A stretch of DNA of 63,444 nt, filler included, from Callorhinchus milii (lineage: Eukaryota): the NCBI RefSeq assembly GCF_018977255.1. It is 16 parts of 12 records of this genome, joined end to end, with 100 filler letters (N's around TTAATTAATTAA, not from the genome) between each part and the next. Parts side by side here need not be neighbours in the genome. Positions count along the whole stretch, not along the records: positions 34,491 to 56,979 come from NW_024704771.1; 15 more parts are not named here. One strand, given 5' to 3'. Positions 40,678 to 51,802 of the stretch are shown here, piece by piece. Every line of letters begins with the position of its first letter. Position 1 is the stretch's first letter. The notes beneath the pieces were generated by a model, which did not search any database, was not told the DNA's origin, and saw only the letters and a list, made by a program, of their open reading frames with translations. The position numbers were made by a program, and so were the translations under genes.

Positions 40678-41047
40678 TTACTGGAGATAAATTCCCTCAC
40701 CCCCCTGGACACATGCAGAGATACAGTCGAATCGCTATCGATTCCACTGGGAAGTGCACTGACCCCTCCGCACAACTTCAGCTGTTTCAAAGCTATTTCT
40801 TTCTTTGATGTGTTTCTAACTCCACCTTCTCTGGTCACAGAGATAGACCCCCGCCCTTCGCAGGCTGCTTTGTACAGATAGTACTGTTGCACGAGTGTTG
40901 TGTAGTTGTGCTCAGGATGGACTGAGTTGATAAGTAAAGATTACAGTGCGGAGCTGAACAGCAACTCTTGTCTGGTTATCCGGGAGGAGTCACCTCCTCA
41001 CAAACAGGGAAACCGAAAGCAGTTTTGAATCATTTGCTGAGGGTGAA

Positions 41048-44000
41048 ATGGCTTCTCAACACCAGACTGACAGTCTGACCGAGGAGTTAAAATGTTCGGT
41101 TTGTCTGGATCTCTTTACTGACCCGGTCACCCTGGATTGTGGCCACAACTTTTGCCGCTCCTGTATCACACAGAGCTGGGAAAACAGGGAGAGCAAAGCC
41201 TGTCCCGAATGCAGAACAGTCTTTGCCAACAGTATTATGAGGGGCAACTGGAGCCTGGCGAGGATGGTGGAGAAAGCTCATCAGCTGAACATAGCCCCAG
41301 TGAAGACGGGAAGAAAACTTCACTGTGAGAAGCATCAGGAGGAACTGAAGCTGTTCTGTGAAACAGACAAGAAACTGATGTGTGTGATTTGCAGAGACGC
41401 CCGAGAACACAGAACCCACAGCTTCATCCCCATAGCGGAGGCTGTTCAGATCTATAAGGTAAAAGGCACCAGACAGTCAATCGGGCGCAGTCTGATCCAA
41501 TTCTCTGTTTGGTTAATCAAGATTTTTCTAACAGTTTCTATTTAATAGCAGGATAAAGTGAACTCCTCCTTAGCTTCTCTCACACAGAGGAAGGCCGCGG
41601 CTCTAGAAGCTGAAGGGAAGCAGAAAGAAAAGATTTCACAAGTGAAGGTAAGTTGTGTCGGGGCTGATGTCTGGGCTCTCAGTCGTGTGTCTCTCTTTAC
41701 TGTGCATAGTGCGATGTCTGACGCTTCATTTGCAGGAACAGACGGACAGTCTGGAGAACCACATCATGGCTGAGTTTGCCAAAATGCACCAGAGCCTCAC
41801 TGACAGAGAGCAGCGTGTGATCCGAGAGCTCAGACAGCGAGAGGAGGAGGTTTTACACCGAATGGAGAAAAATCTGGTAGAGATTCGGGGCAAATTAGTT
41901 TCTGTTCAGCAAAAGCTCTCAGAGTTACAGAAACAGATGGAAAAAGACGCTGTCACCTTTCTGCAGGTAAAGAGATGAAATTATCTTGACATTCTGTCCA
42001 TCTGCGACCAGGACTCCCTCTCCCTTCCGTCCTCTCTGCTGCCTTCGACACCGTCGACCACTCTATCTTCATCCACCACCTCTCCTCTCACCTCAACCTT
42101 TACGGCGCTGTCCTTGACTGGTTCAGATCGTACCTCTCACACCGCCTCCAATTCATCTCCACAAACGCCTTCTCCTCTAACCCCCACACCATCTTGTCTG
42201 GCTTTCCTCAGGGCTCTGTCCTTGGTCCCCTCCTCTTCAATATCTGTATGCTCCCTCTTGGTGAAATCACCCGCAGACATGGGGTCAAATTCCACACGTA
42301 TGCGGATGACACCCAACGGTATCTCTCTGCCTCCACCCGTGACTCCAGATCCACTGCTGTCCTGAGAGAATGTCTGTCAGACATCAAGTCCTGGATCGGA
42401 GCTAATATTCTTCAGTTGAACGACAACAAGACCGAGGCTCTCCTGATTGGCCCCCGTCAGCGTCGACACACCTCAGGCGCTGAGAGCATCACCATCCATG
42501 GTTGCACACTCCACCTTACTAGGCCAGTCCGGAACCTATCACACCCATCCTCGCCCGACTCCACTGGCTTCCCATCACACAGAGGATACAGTTCAAAATC
42601 CTGGTCCTCACCTAAAGGCCCTCCATGGCCGCGCTCCCCACAAGCTCTGCGACCTCCGAACCCCCTACCATCCTGATCGCTCCCTCCGCTCAGCTGCCCC
42701 ACGTCCCCGGCCCTGCTCGCCCCACTATTGGCTGGCGGGCACTCTACCACTATAATTTAGTTCAGTAAAAGGTACACACAGTCTGTCGCAGAAAGTCAGA
42801 GTCTGACTGTTAAACAGCCCAATGATTTTATTGATTATTTGGTATAATCTGATAGAGACTTTGCTGCTATAGAATTCTATTCTGTGTATCTGAGTTTACA
42901 ATGTGGTGTCTCAGTGTGAGCTCAGATCTGTCTGTGTTTTATTTCATTAGGAGGAAACTGCTCGGAAGAGAAGGTATGAAATGTTCTTCACAAAATATCC
43001 CCAGAATTTACTGCACAAACCAAACACAATGTGTAGTTTCACTTTATAATGTGAACGTCTCTTGTTTCAGGATCAGTGATGAGGAATTTACAGTGTCAGT
43101 GTCTGAGGGGGATCTGCCGGTGGGGATATACAAATGGCCTCTGAGGAACATCGTCTGGAGAGAGCTGATGGACAGCATCAGCCCAGGTACATGGCTCCCA
43201 TTCTCAGACTGAAGGTGTGTGAGTATCTGACAGTCACCTGATCCTCACAAACTAAACATTGTTGGTGATGAGATGTCACTGAACACAGCGCAGAGCTCTG
43301 TACTCTTGTAGTTACCGCGTTACCGTCAGTAGGAGGCCCTGTGTGAGCGTTTTCACCGATATTGACCCGTCACACTGACCCCAACGCCCGCTGCTGGCGA
43401 CGGGACACCATCAGTGCTGTTTGTCCTGTGTTCAGCAACTGACCCTCTGACCACCAGCTCACACACCGCCCCCTAGTGCCCGCCCTCGCTCCTGATGCCC
43501 CCCCCCCCCCCCCTCGCCCCCACCGCTCCGCCACCCCCTCACTCCACTCTGTCTTATTTCTCTCTCAGCTCCGGCCGCTCTGACTCTGGATCCTGACACA
43601 GCCCATCCCCGGCTCATCCTGTCTGAGGACCTGACCAGTGTGAGACACGGAGACAAAGAGCAGCCGCTCCCTGTCTCCCCGAAGAGGTTCAGTTACTATC
43701 TCATCGTCCTGGGATCTGAGGGCTTCACATCAGGGAGACATTACTGGGAGGTGCAGGTGGGCAACAAGACTGCGTGGATTGTGGGAGTGGCCACAGAGTC
43801 TGTCAACAGGAAACAACCAATCACTTGGTCACCAGCGGGTGGGGTCTGGGGGGTGGGGCTGGTGGGTGGGGTCTATGTGGCTCTGACCTCACCCCCCACC
43901 CTCCTGCCCCTGACAGTGAGACCCGGGAAGGTCGGGGTGTACCTGGACTATGAGGGGGGACAGGTGTCATTTTACAACGCTGACAACATGTCCCATCTCC

Positions 44001-44098
44001 ACACTTTCACCCACACTTTCACTGAGAAGCTTTATCCTCTCCTCAGTCCCCACCAGAGCGATGGCGGGAAAAACTCTGAGCCGCTGAGAATCTGCTGA
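41048..44098 (+). CDS. Tripartite-motif protein, RING-B-box2-coiled coil-PRY/SPRY (class C-IV; TRIM39/A33/NF7-like), 468 aa, copy 1
   Basis: Exons 41048-41458 (411), 41552-41647 (96), 41736-41966 (231), 42951-42973 (23), 43071-43186 (116), 43569-44098 (530). All introns are GT-AG; 1407 nt in frame. C3HC4 RING (CSVC...CGHNFCRSC...CPEC), B-box (CEKH...CETD...CVIC...HRTH), [30 protein letters not shown]. The 96/231/23/116 exon sizes are typical of C-IV TRIM genes. Confidence 0.95.
41985..42750 (+). mobile_element. Decayed L2-clade LINE reverse transcriptase fragment in TRIM intron 3, copy 1 (3' tail missing)
   Basis: [21 protein letters not shown]...FHTYADDTQ...[14 protein letters not shown]. 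Confidence 0.9.
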
Positions 44099-44470
44099 TT
44101 ATAGCACATTAACAGTGACGTGGTTTTACTTCAGTTTCCGTGTGGTTCACTGTCTGCCGTTTAAGGGGATACGGGGTGGGAGCGGGCGATGTGGGGGTGG
44201 GGGGGGATTACGGGAGAAGATAGACGTTTGTTTCCGCTGTTGACCTTTCTGTTGTGTTTGGGATATTTTGAACTTAACAAAACTTTGCATTTCATGTTAA
44301 GTAATGTAATTTTCAAACAGAAATTGCTGAGTGTCTTTGGTTCCTCTGTTCACGGCTCCTTATTCAAAGGAAGGCTATAAAGAATAAGTTGGTCTTATTC
44401 TGCTCATTGCCCAGAACCCAACAGTTTGTGACTGGATTCAACCCAATGTAATAATTGCTTCAAATAAAAT

Positions 44471-44642
44471 AAATGGGTCGCTTCAATCCACGACTGTTTA
44501 CGGGACGCTGCTGTGCGCAATTGGCTGTCGCGTTTCGCCCACAAAGTGTGTACAGTCGATTCACTTAACAGTAAACCCTGTGAAGCGCTTTGAGACGTCT
44601 GGAAGATGTGATCAGGTGCTATATCAAATGCAAGGATTATAA
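44471..44642 (+). mobile_element. SINE 3' half downstream of TRIM (copy 2 at ~55484-55655)
   Basis: GCTGTGCGCAATTGGCTG...GCTATATCAAATGCAAGGATTAT. Confidence 0.82.
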
Positions 44643-45290
44643 TATAAGTTTAGACTCCCAAACCCGGTCACACACCAGGTCAACGGGAATCGGAAAGCTC
44701 AGTTGGACATACTCCAGGAAGCTTATGAGTGGGGAAGTGGGTCTCTCATCTCTAATACTGACCAATACTCAAGTAATTCAACAGAAATTCAATGCGTTGC
44801 AGCCCCGTCGGCTGAAATTAGGCAAAAACCGCGGCAGTTCAATGCGTCCGTGAGCTCGAAACCCCCCGGTGAGAACGGGCCTGAGCGCCGTCTAAACTAA
44901 ACTACACCGAACACGGTGGCCGGTCAGCGATGCCGTCAACCCAGGAAGTGGGTCGCACCTAACGGTCAAACCCAACACCGTGACCCCAAACGGGGTGGGG
45001 GGGGGGTTCGAAATTGGTCAAGTTTCGGGTGGTGGCGGTGGTGGTGGTGGGGGGGTAAGAGGGATTGAGCGCTATCCCCAATCCCAATTGTCCCCCCCCA
45101 CCCCCTCACCGAAATTTGTTTCACTCTCTCTCCCTCCCCCCATCTGTCCTCTCTCCCCCTCCTTCTCCCCTCCCCCCTCCCCTTCACTCCCTCACTCCCT
45201 CTCTCCATCCCCACCCTCTCCCTCTCTTATTATTATTGTGAGTCTGACTGTGACGTCGGCGTCGGTGACGTTAACCCTGAAGGTCCCTGT

Positions 45291-47214
45291 TGTTAGAATA
45301 TACACTTTTTGTATACTGCTAGAATCATAATAGATGCTGTGAATGGGTTAACTTTTAAGTTAAGTGTTGGGGGACAACTGGACTGACAGTCATGGGATAG
45401 GACGCATCTGTTTTTCTCTGTTTTTGAAAGAATAACGGACAGGGGCCGGGGGTCACCTCTTATCAGTAAATGACAACAAACCACAGAGGTGACGGTCCAA
45501 GGTACCGGTCGACACAGGATCTCGACTGAGCAATAAGTCGCTAGATTCTGACAGGGCCGACCGACAGAAGGCAACCCTCAAGAATAGCAATTAATGAGCA
45601 AGTTGCTTAGACTAGAGGACCTCGGTACCATCCCGGGGGATACTGATAAGAAATAACCAGTCACTTAAAAGGAATGTACCAATGATCCCACACCACAAAA
45701 TAATGAGCACCAGATACAGCCCTAAACTGATCAAACCTCTATCTTAGACAATTAGATCAGATAACAGGGGGTCCTAAGGACAATGTGTATGTGGGCTGAG
45801 GCACGTACACCCGGCATGATTTCGACCGGGTGATCTAATGTCCGCACCATGATTGGATGAACATTGGTGTAAAAGTTCTGTTAACTTTGTGTCCGGGGCC
45901 GTCCCGGGTCGTGGAGACAAGGATACAGGAGATGGGGCCGTCCCGGGTCGTGGAGACAAGGATACGGGAGATGGAGCCGTCCCGGGTCGTGGAGACAAGG
46001 ATACAGGAGATGGGGCCATCCCGGGTCGCGGAGACAAGGATACGGGAGATGGGGCCATCCCGGGTCGCGGAGACAAGGATACGGGAGATGGGGCCGTCCC
46101 GGGCTGTGGAGACAAGGGTACGGGAGATGGACCGTCCCGGGTCGTGGAGACAAGGATACGGGAGATGGGGCCGTCCCGGGTCGTGGAGACAAGGATACGG
46201 GAGATGGGGCCGTCCCGGGTCGTGGAGACAAGGATACGGGAGATGGGGCCGTCCCGGGTCGTGGAGACAAGGATACGGGAGATGGGGCCGTCCCGGGCTG
46301 CGGAGACAAGGATACGGGAGATGGAGCCATCCCGGGCTGCGGAGACAAGGATACAGGAGATGGGGCCATCCCGGGCTGCGGAGACAAGGGTACGGGAGAT
46401 GGACCGTCCCGGGTCACCGAGACAAGGATACGGGAGATGGGGCCGTCCCGGGTCGTGGAGACAAGGATACGGGAGATGGGGCCGTCCCGGGTCACGGAGA
46501 CAAGGATACGGGAGATGGGGCCATCCCGGGCTGCGGAGACAAGGATACGGGAGATGGACCGTCCCGGGCTGCGGAGACAAGGATACGGGAGATGGAGCCA
46601 TCCCGGGTCACGGAGACAAGGATACGGGAGATGGAGCCATCCCGGGTCACGGAGACAAGGATACGGGAGATGGGGCCGTCCCGGGCTGCGGAGACAAGGA
46701 TACGGGAGATGGGGCCGTCCCGGGTCACGGAGACAAGGGTACGGGAGATGGGGCCGTCCCGGGTCGCGGAGACAAGGATACAGGAGATGGGGCCATCCCG
46801 GGCTGCGGAGACAAGGATACGGGAGATGGGGCCGTCCCGGGCTGCGGAGACAAGGATACGGGAGATGGGGCCGTCCCGGGCTGCGGAGACAAGGATACGG
46901 AGATGGAAGACTGAGAGCTGGAAACACTGAGACTGAGGATATCAGATGGAGGATTGAAAGCTGTCGGCAGGAAGACTGAAAACATGAAGAATCAAACTTG
47001 TGGGCTGGAAAGGCACAGTGTTGAACTCCTGAACTCGAGATACCTATAGTGGTGTTATTCTGTTGTAAGATCTGTTGATTGTATCGGCCTTTGGTCTGAC
47101 CCATCGGGGATATTGGGGAGTAACGAACGAATAATAATAATAAAACAGTCTGATATCTGGTTAGAGGAATCAGCGTTATTTCCTTACAGATTTGGCTGAT
47201 TTTATTTTCTAACA
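45291..47214 (+). mobile_element. Complete solo LTR with 4-bp target-site duplication, copy 2
   Basis: CTGT|TGTTAGAA ... TTCTAACA|CTGT: TG..CA ends, 8-bp terminal inverted repeat, TSD CTGT (45287-45290, 47215-47218). ATTGG and a TGTAAAA TATA-like element precede the VNTR; AATAAA lies near the 3' end. Confidence 0.85.
45895..46905. repeat. 39-bp VNTR inside the LTR, ~26 units (some 37-bp variants)
   Basis: Same unit as 35061-35490. Confidence 0.95.
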
Positions 47215-47372
47215 CTGTGGCCGGACACGGCCGATGGGGGTCTCGCTGTGAGCCGTCAGGCGGCCCGGCTCGGGCGGAGGGTCTTACCTCTGAGTCAGGG
47301 GGTCGCGGGTTCCAGCCCCGCGTCGGGGGCTCTTTGGGCTGATCGTCCAGTCTGATCCTCCAGTGTAGCTCT

Positions 47373-48419
47373 GGGGGGGGGGGGGGGTCTCCTCTCTCTA
47401 ACTGTGCCTGTGTGGGGGGTCTCCTCTCTCTAACTGTCCCTGTGGGGGGTCTCCTCTCTCTAACTGTCCCTGTGGGGGGTCTCCTCTCTCTAACTGTGCC
47501 TGTGTGGGGGGTCTCCTCTCTCTAACTGTCCCTGTGGGGGGTCTCCTCTCTCTAACTGTCCCTGTGGGGGGGTCTCCTTTCCTCTAACTGTCCCTGTGGG
47601 GGGGTCTCCTCTCTAACTGTCCCTGTGGGGGGGGGTCCCCTCTCTAAATGTCCCTGTGGGGGGGTCTCCTCTCTAACTGTCCCTGTGGGGGGGGTCTCCT
47701 CTCTCTAACTGTCCCTGTGGGGGGGGGTCTCCTCTCTAACTGTCCCTGTGGGGGTGGTCTCCTCTCTCTAACTGTCCCTGTGGGGGGGGTCTCCTCTCTA
47801 ACTGTCCCTGTGGGGGGGTCTCCTCTCTAACTGTCCCTGTGGGGGGGTCTCCTCTCTAACTGTCCCTGTGGGGGGGGTCTCCTCTCTAACTGTCCCTGTG
47901 GGGGGGGTCTCCTCTCTAACTGTGCCTGTGGGGGTGGTCTCCTCTCTAACTGTCCCTGTGGGGGTGGTCTCCTCTCTAACTGTCCCTGTGGGGGGGGGTC
48001 CCCTCTCTAACTGTCCCTGTGGGGGGGGTCTCCTCTCTAACTGTCCCTGTGGGGGGGTCTCCTCTCTAACTGTCCCTGTGGGGGTGGTCTCCTCTCTAAC
48101 TGTCCCTGTGGGGGGTGTCTCCTCTCTAACTGTCCCTGTGGGGGGTGTCTCCTCTCTCTAACTGTCCCTGTGGGGGGGTCTCCTCTCTCTAACTGTCCCT
48201 GTGGGGGGGTCTCCTCTCTAACTGTCCCTGTGGGGGGGGTCTCCTCTCTAACTGTCCCTGTGGGGGGGGTCTCCTCTCTAACTGTCCCTGTGGGGGGGTC
48301 TCCTCTCTCTAACTGTCCCTGTGGGGGGGGTCTCCTCTCTAACTGTCCCTGTGGGGGGGGTCTCCTCTCTAACTGTCCCTCTGGGGGGGGTCTCCTCTCT
48401 AACTGTCCCTGTGGGGGGG
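47373..48419. repeat. ~30-bp VNTR, ~35 units, copy 2
   Basis: Same unit as 35957-36760. Confidence 0.95.
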
Positions 48420-48426
48420 ATGTGAA

Positions 48427-49002
48427 GCTCGAGCTGTAACGGTCGCCGCTCGCGCCTCTCTGTCTCCCGCCCACTCCCGCTCATCACGTGGGCTCCCGCC
48501 GCGTCCCCCATTGGCCGCCCGCGGGGCTCCTCAGCACGTGGTCTCACCCCAGACGGGGCCTCGGCCGCCACCGCGCAGGCGCCGCTCCCGCCTCGAGCCG
48601 GGGCTCCGCGCGCTCCTCGGCGCCTCACAGTCGGAGCCGCCGAACGGTCGCCGCCCCCCCCTCTCGCGGCTCCGTCTCGCGCGCTCCCTCGTCACGTGCT
48701 CTGGGCGGGGCTCGTCGCGTGGGTGTATTTCTCTCCCGCCCTATCTGACAGGAAGACGCCCATTGGCCGCCTGCGAGGCCCACCAGCACGTGGTCTGACC
48801 ATATAAGGGTATCGGCCGCCACCGCGCAGGCGCCGCTCCTCCCCCCCCACCACCAGCACGTGATCCTCGGCGCCTAACGGTCGGCGCTCGCGGCTCCCGC
48901 GCGGCTTCGGGAGCCTTTCGTCGTCGTCGGCGGCAACGACGACCCCCTAAGGGGGAGGAAGAGCGACGAGGGACGAGGCCTGAAGCCCAGAGACAGCAGC
49001 AG
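48427..49002 (+). promoter_or_regulatory. CpG island / probable promoter, copy 2
   Basis: Near-identical to 36768-37351; E-boxes, CCAAT boxes and CArG box retained. Confidence 0.65.
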
Positions 49003-49004
49003 GT

Positions 49005-49976
49005 CAGGGCAGGGAGGGTAGTGGTAGGAGGGTGGAGGGCAGGGAGGGTAGTGGTTGGAGGGTGGAGGGTAGGGAGGGTAGTGGTTGGAGGGCAGGGAGG
49101 GTTAGTGGTTGGAGGGTGGAGGGCAGGGAGGGTTAGTGGTTGGAGGGTGGAGGGCAGGGATGGTTAGTGGTTGGAGGGTGGAGGGCAGGGAGGGTAGTGG
49201 TTGGAGGGTGGAGGGCAGGGAGGGTTAGTGGTGGAGGGTGGAGGGCAGGGAGGGTAGTGGTAGGAGGGTGGAGGGCAGAGAGGGTAGTGGTGGGAGGGTG
49301 GAGGGCAGGGAGGGTAGTGGTGGGAGGGTGGAGGGCAGGGAGGGTAGTGGTGGGAGGGTGGAGGCAGGGAGGGTAGTGATAGGAGGGTGGAGGGCAGAGA
49401 GGGTAGTGGTAGGAGGGTGGAGGGCAGGGAGGGTCGTGGTAGGAGGGTGGAGGGTAGGGAGGGTAGTGGTTGGAGGGCAGGGAGGGTAGTGGTAGGAGGG
49501 TGGAGGGCAGGGAGGGTAGTGGTAGGAGGGTGGAGGGCAGGGAGGGTAGTGATAGGAGGGTGGAGGGCAGAGAGGGTAGTGGTAGGAGGGTGGAGGGTAG
49601 GGAGGGTAGTGGTAGGAGGGTGGAGGGCAGGGAGGGTCGTGGTAGGAGGGTGGAGGGCAGGGAGGGTAGTGGTGGAGGGTGGAGGGCAGGGAGGGTAGTG
49701 GTGGGAGGGTGGAGGGCAGGGAGGGTAGTGGTAGGAGGGTGGAGGGTAGGGAGGGTAGTGGTTGGAGGGTGGAGGGCAGGGAGGGTTAGTGGTGGGAGGG
49801 TGGAGGGCAGGGAGGGTAGTGGTAGGAGGGTGGAGGGCAGGGAGGGTAGTGGTGGGAGGGTGGAGGGCAGGGAGGGTAGTGGTGGAGGGTGGAGGGTAGG
49901 GAGGGTAGTGGTAGGAGGGTGGAGGGCAGGGAGGGTAGTGGTGGGAGGGTGGAGGCAGGGAGGGTAGTGGTTGGAG
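49005..49976 (+). repeat. 30-bp G4 VNTR, ~32 units, copy 2
   Basis: Same unit as 37354-39222. Confidence 0.95.
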
Positions 49977-50390
49977 TGTGGCTCAAGGCTCAGTCGAAAA
50001 GGAAGGTCTTAAGAGGTAACGGAGGGAGCGAGGCGAGGGGGCTGTGAGATGGAGTTCCAAAGGGTGGGGGCAGAGGGGCTGAAGGCCGTTGGTGGGCTGA
50101 GCAGAGGGAACTGACTGGTTGGTACGGCCTTCGCGGGTCGCAGAGGTAGGATGGAGCCAGGCAATGGAGGACCTGCAACTCATTCCGCTCAGATCGTTCT
50201 ACCTCCTGACCCTTTTCTCTTGTTCCAGTCGTTCGTTATCCTCTGGGTAGAGAAACGCATCCCAGTGTCTGTCCTGGAATTGCGCCTTTCCCTCTCGAAA
50301 CCTGCGGCTTCACACGTCCTCGTCAGCGCTTTGTCTCACACAGGTTTTAACAGGAGCTGAGAGGGAAGACCCCCGGCGACCGGTCCCTAA

Positions 50391-50965
50391 AGTGTTGTGT
50401 AGTTGGGCTCAGGACGGACTGAGTTGATCGGTAAAGATTACAGTGCGGAGCTGAACAGCAACTCTGAGGAGTCACCTCCTCACAAACGGGTAAAGTGACA
50501 GCAGTTTTGAATCAGGCAACGCTGAGGGTGAAATGGCTTCTCAACACCAGACTTGACAGTCTGACCGAGGAGTTAAATCGTTCGGTTTGTCTGGATCTCT
50601 TTACTGACCCGGTCACCCTGGATTGTGGTGGCCACAACTTTTGCCGCTCCTGTATGGGGGGGTGGGGCACGTTGTGGTGGTGGGGGTGGGGGGTAATTAC
50701 GGGAGAAGGTGCCGAGATCTGTGGGTCCACAGAGAACCTGCAAGAAGGTGGAGACGGATACACGGCAAGTTTCTACTGCTTTGTGTTTTGGTTCGTACCC
50801 AATGTAATCACTCCTTCAAATTAACCAAATGAAGTAAATTGGTCGCTTCAACCCACCACTGTTTGTGGGACGTCGCTGTGCGCAATTGGTTGCCGCGTTT
50901 CGCCCCCGAAATGCACAGTCAGTTCACTTCGCAGAAAATCCTTTGAAGCACTTTGAGACGTCTCG
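50391..50965 (+). pseudogene. Internally deleted TRIM relic, copy 2
   Basis: Same lesions as 39635-40210; ATG at 50533. Confidence 0.85.
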
Positions 50966-51802
50966 AAGGTGGTGTTGGGATTTCCGATCCCTGAGTTCGA
51001 AATGTGACCCGACAAATCCAAAGTGGTGTAACGACGTTTTATTGAACAACTTGTCAAATATAAGTATTCACAGAAGCATAGCATTCTACCCGCTCCGATG
51101 ACTCTGAGTAACGACCATCTGACCTCTATCCTTGTCTTTCCTCCGGCTGCTGCCGACCACTCCCTCCTCTTTCACTTTATAATAATAATAATAATATTAA
51201 TTATCCTTGCATTTGATACAGCGCTTTTTCACGCCTTCTCAAAGCGCTTCACAGAATATACCGTGAAGTGAATTGACTGTACGTTTGTGGGCGAAACGCG
51301 GCAGCCGATCGCGCACAGCAGTACCCCACAACGGTCTTGGATTGAAAATGACCAATTTATTATTGTTTTGATTATTAGGAGTGTGGAGGAAGGAAACCTG
51401 CCCAAGCTATCGCCCTGCCTGGAATTGAACTCTTACTGGAGATAAATTCCCTCACCCCCCTGGACACATGCAGAGATACAGTCGAATCGCTATCGATTCC
51501 ACTGGGAAGTGCACTGACCCCTCCGCACAACTTCAGCTGTTTCAAAGCTATTTCTTTCTTTGATGTGTTTCTAACTCCACCTTCTCTGGTCACAGAGATA
51601 GACCCCCGCCCTTCGCAGGCTGCTTTGTACAGATAGTACTGTTGCACGAGTGTTGTGTAGTTGTGCTCAGGATGGACTGAGTTGATAAGTAAAGATTACA
51701 GTGCGGAGCTGAACAGCAACTCTTGTCTGGTTATCCGGGAGGAGTCACCTCCTCACAAACAGGGAAACCGAAAGCAGTTTTGAATCATTTGCTGAGGGTG
51801 AA

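Noticed and set aside
42194..42676. Functional reverse transcriptase coupled to the TRIM gene (DGR/retron-like diversifier)
   Set aside because: A short, internally deleted L2 fragment in an intron. There is no template repeat and no adenine-specific pattern in the SPRY differences.
43365..43395. GTCACACTGACCCCAACGCC in intron 5 resembling a degenerate VTLDPN PRY start
   Set aside because: Too short and needs a frameshift; cannot be distinguished from chance.
41048..44098. Assigning a specific symbol (TRIM39, TRIM69, TRIM35)
   Set aside because: Lineage-specific C-IV expansions cannot be assigned orthology without a phylogeny.
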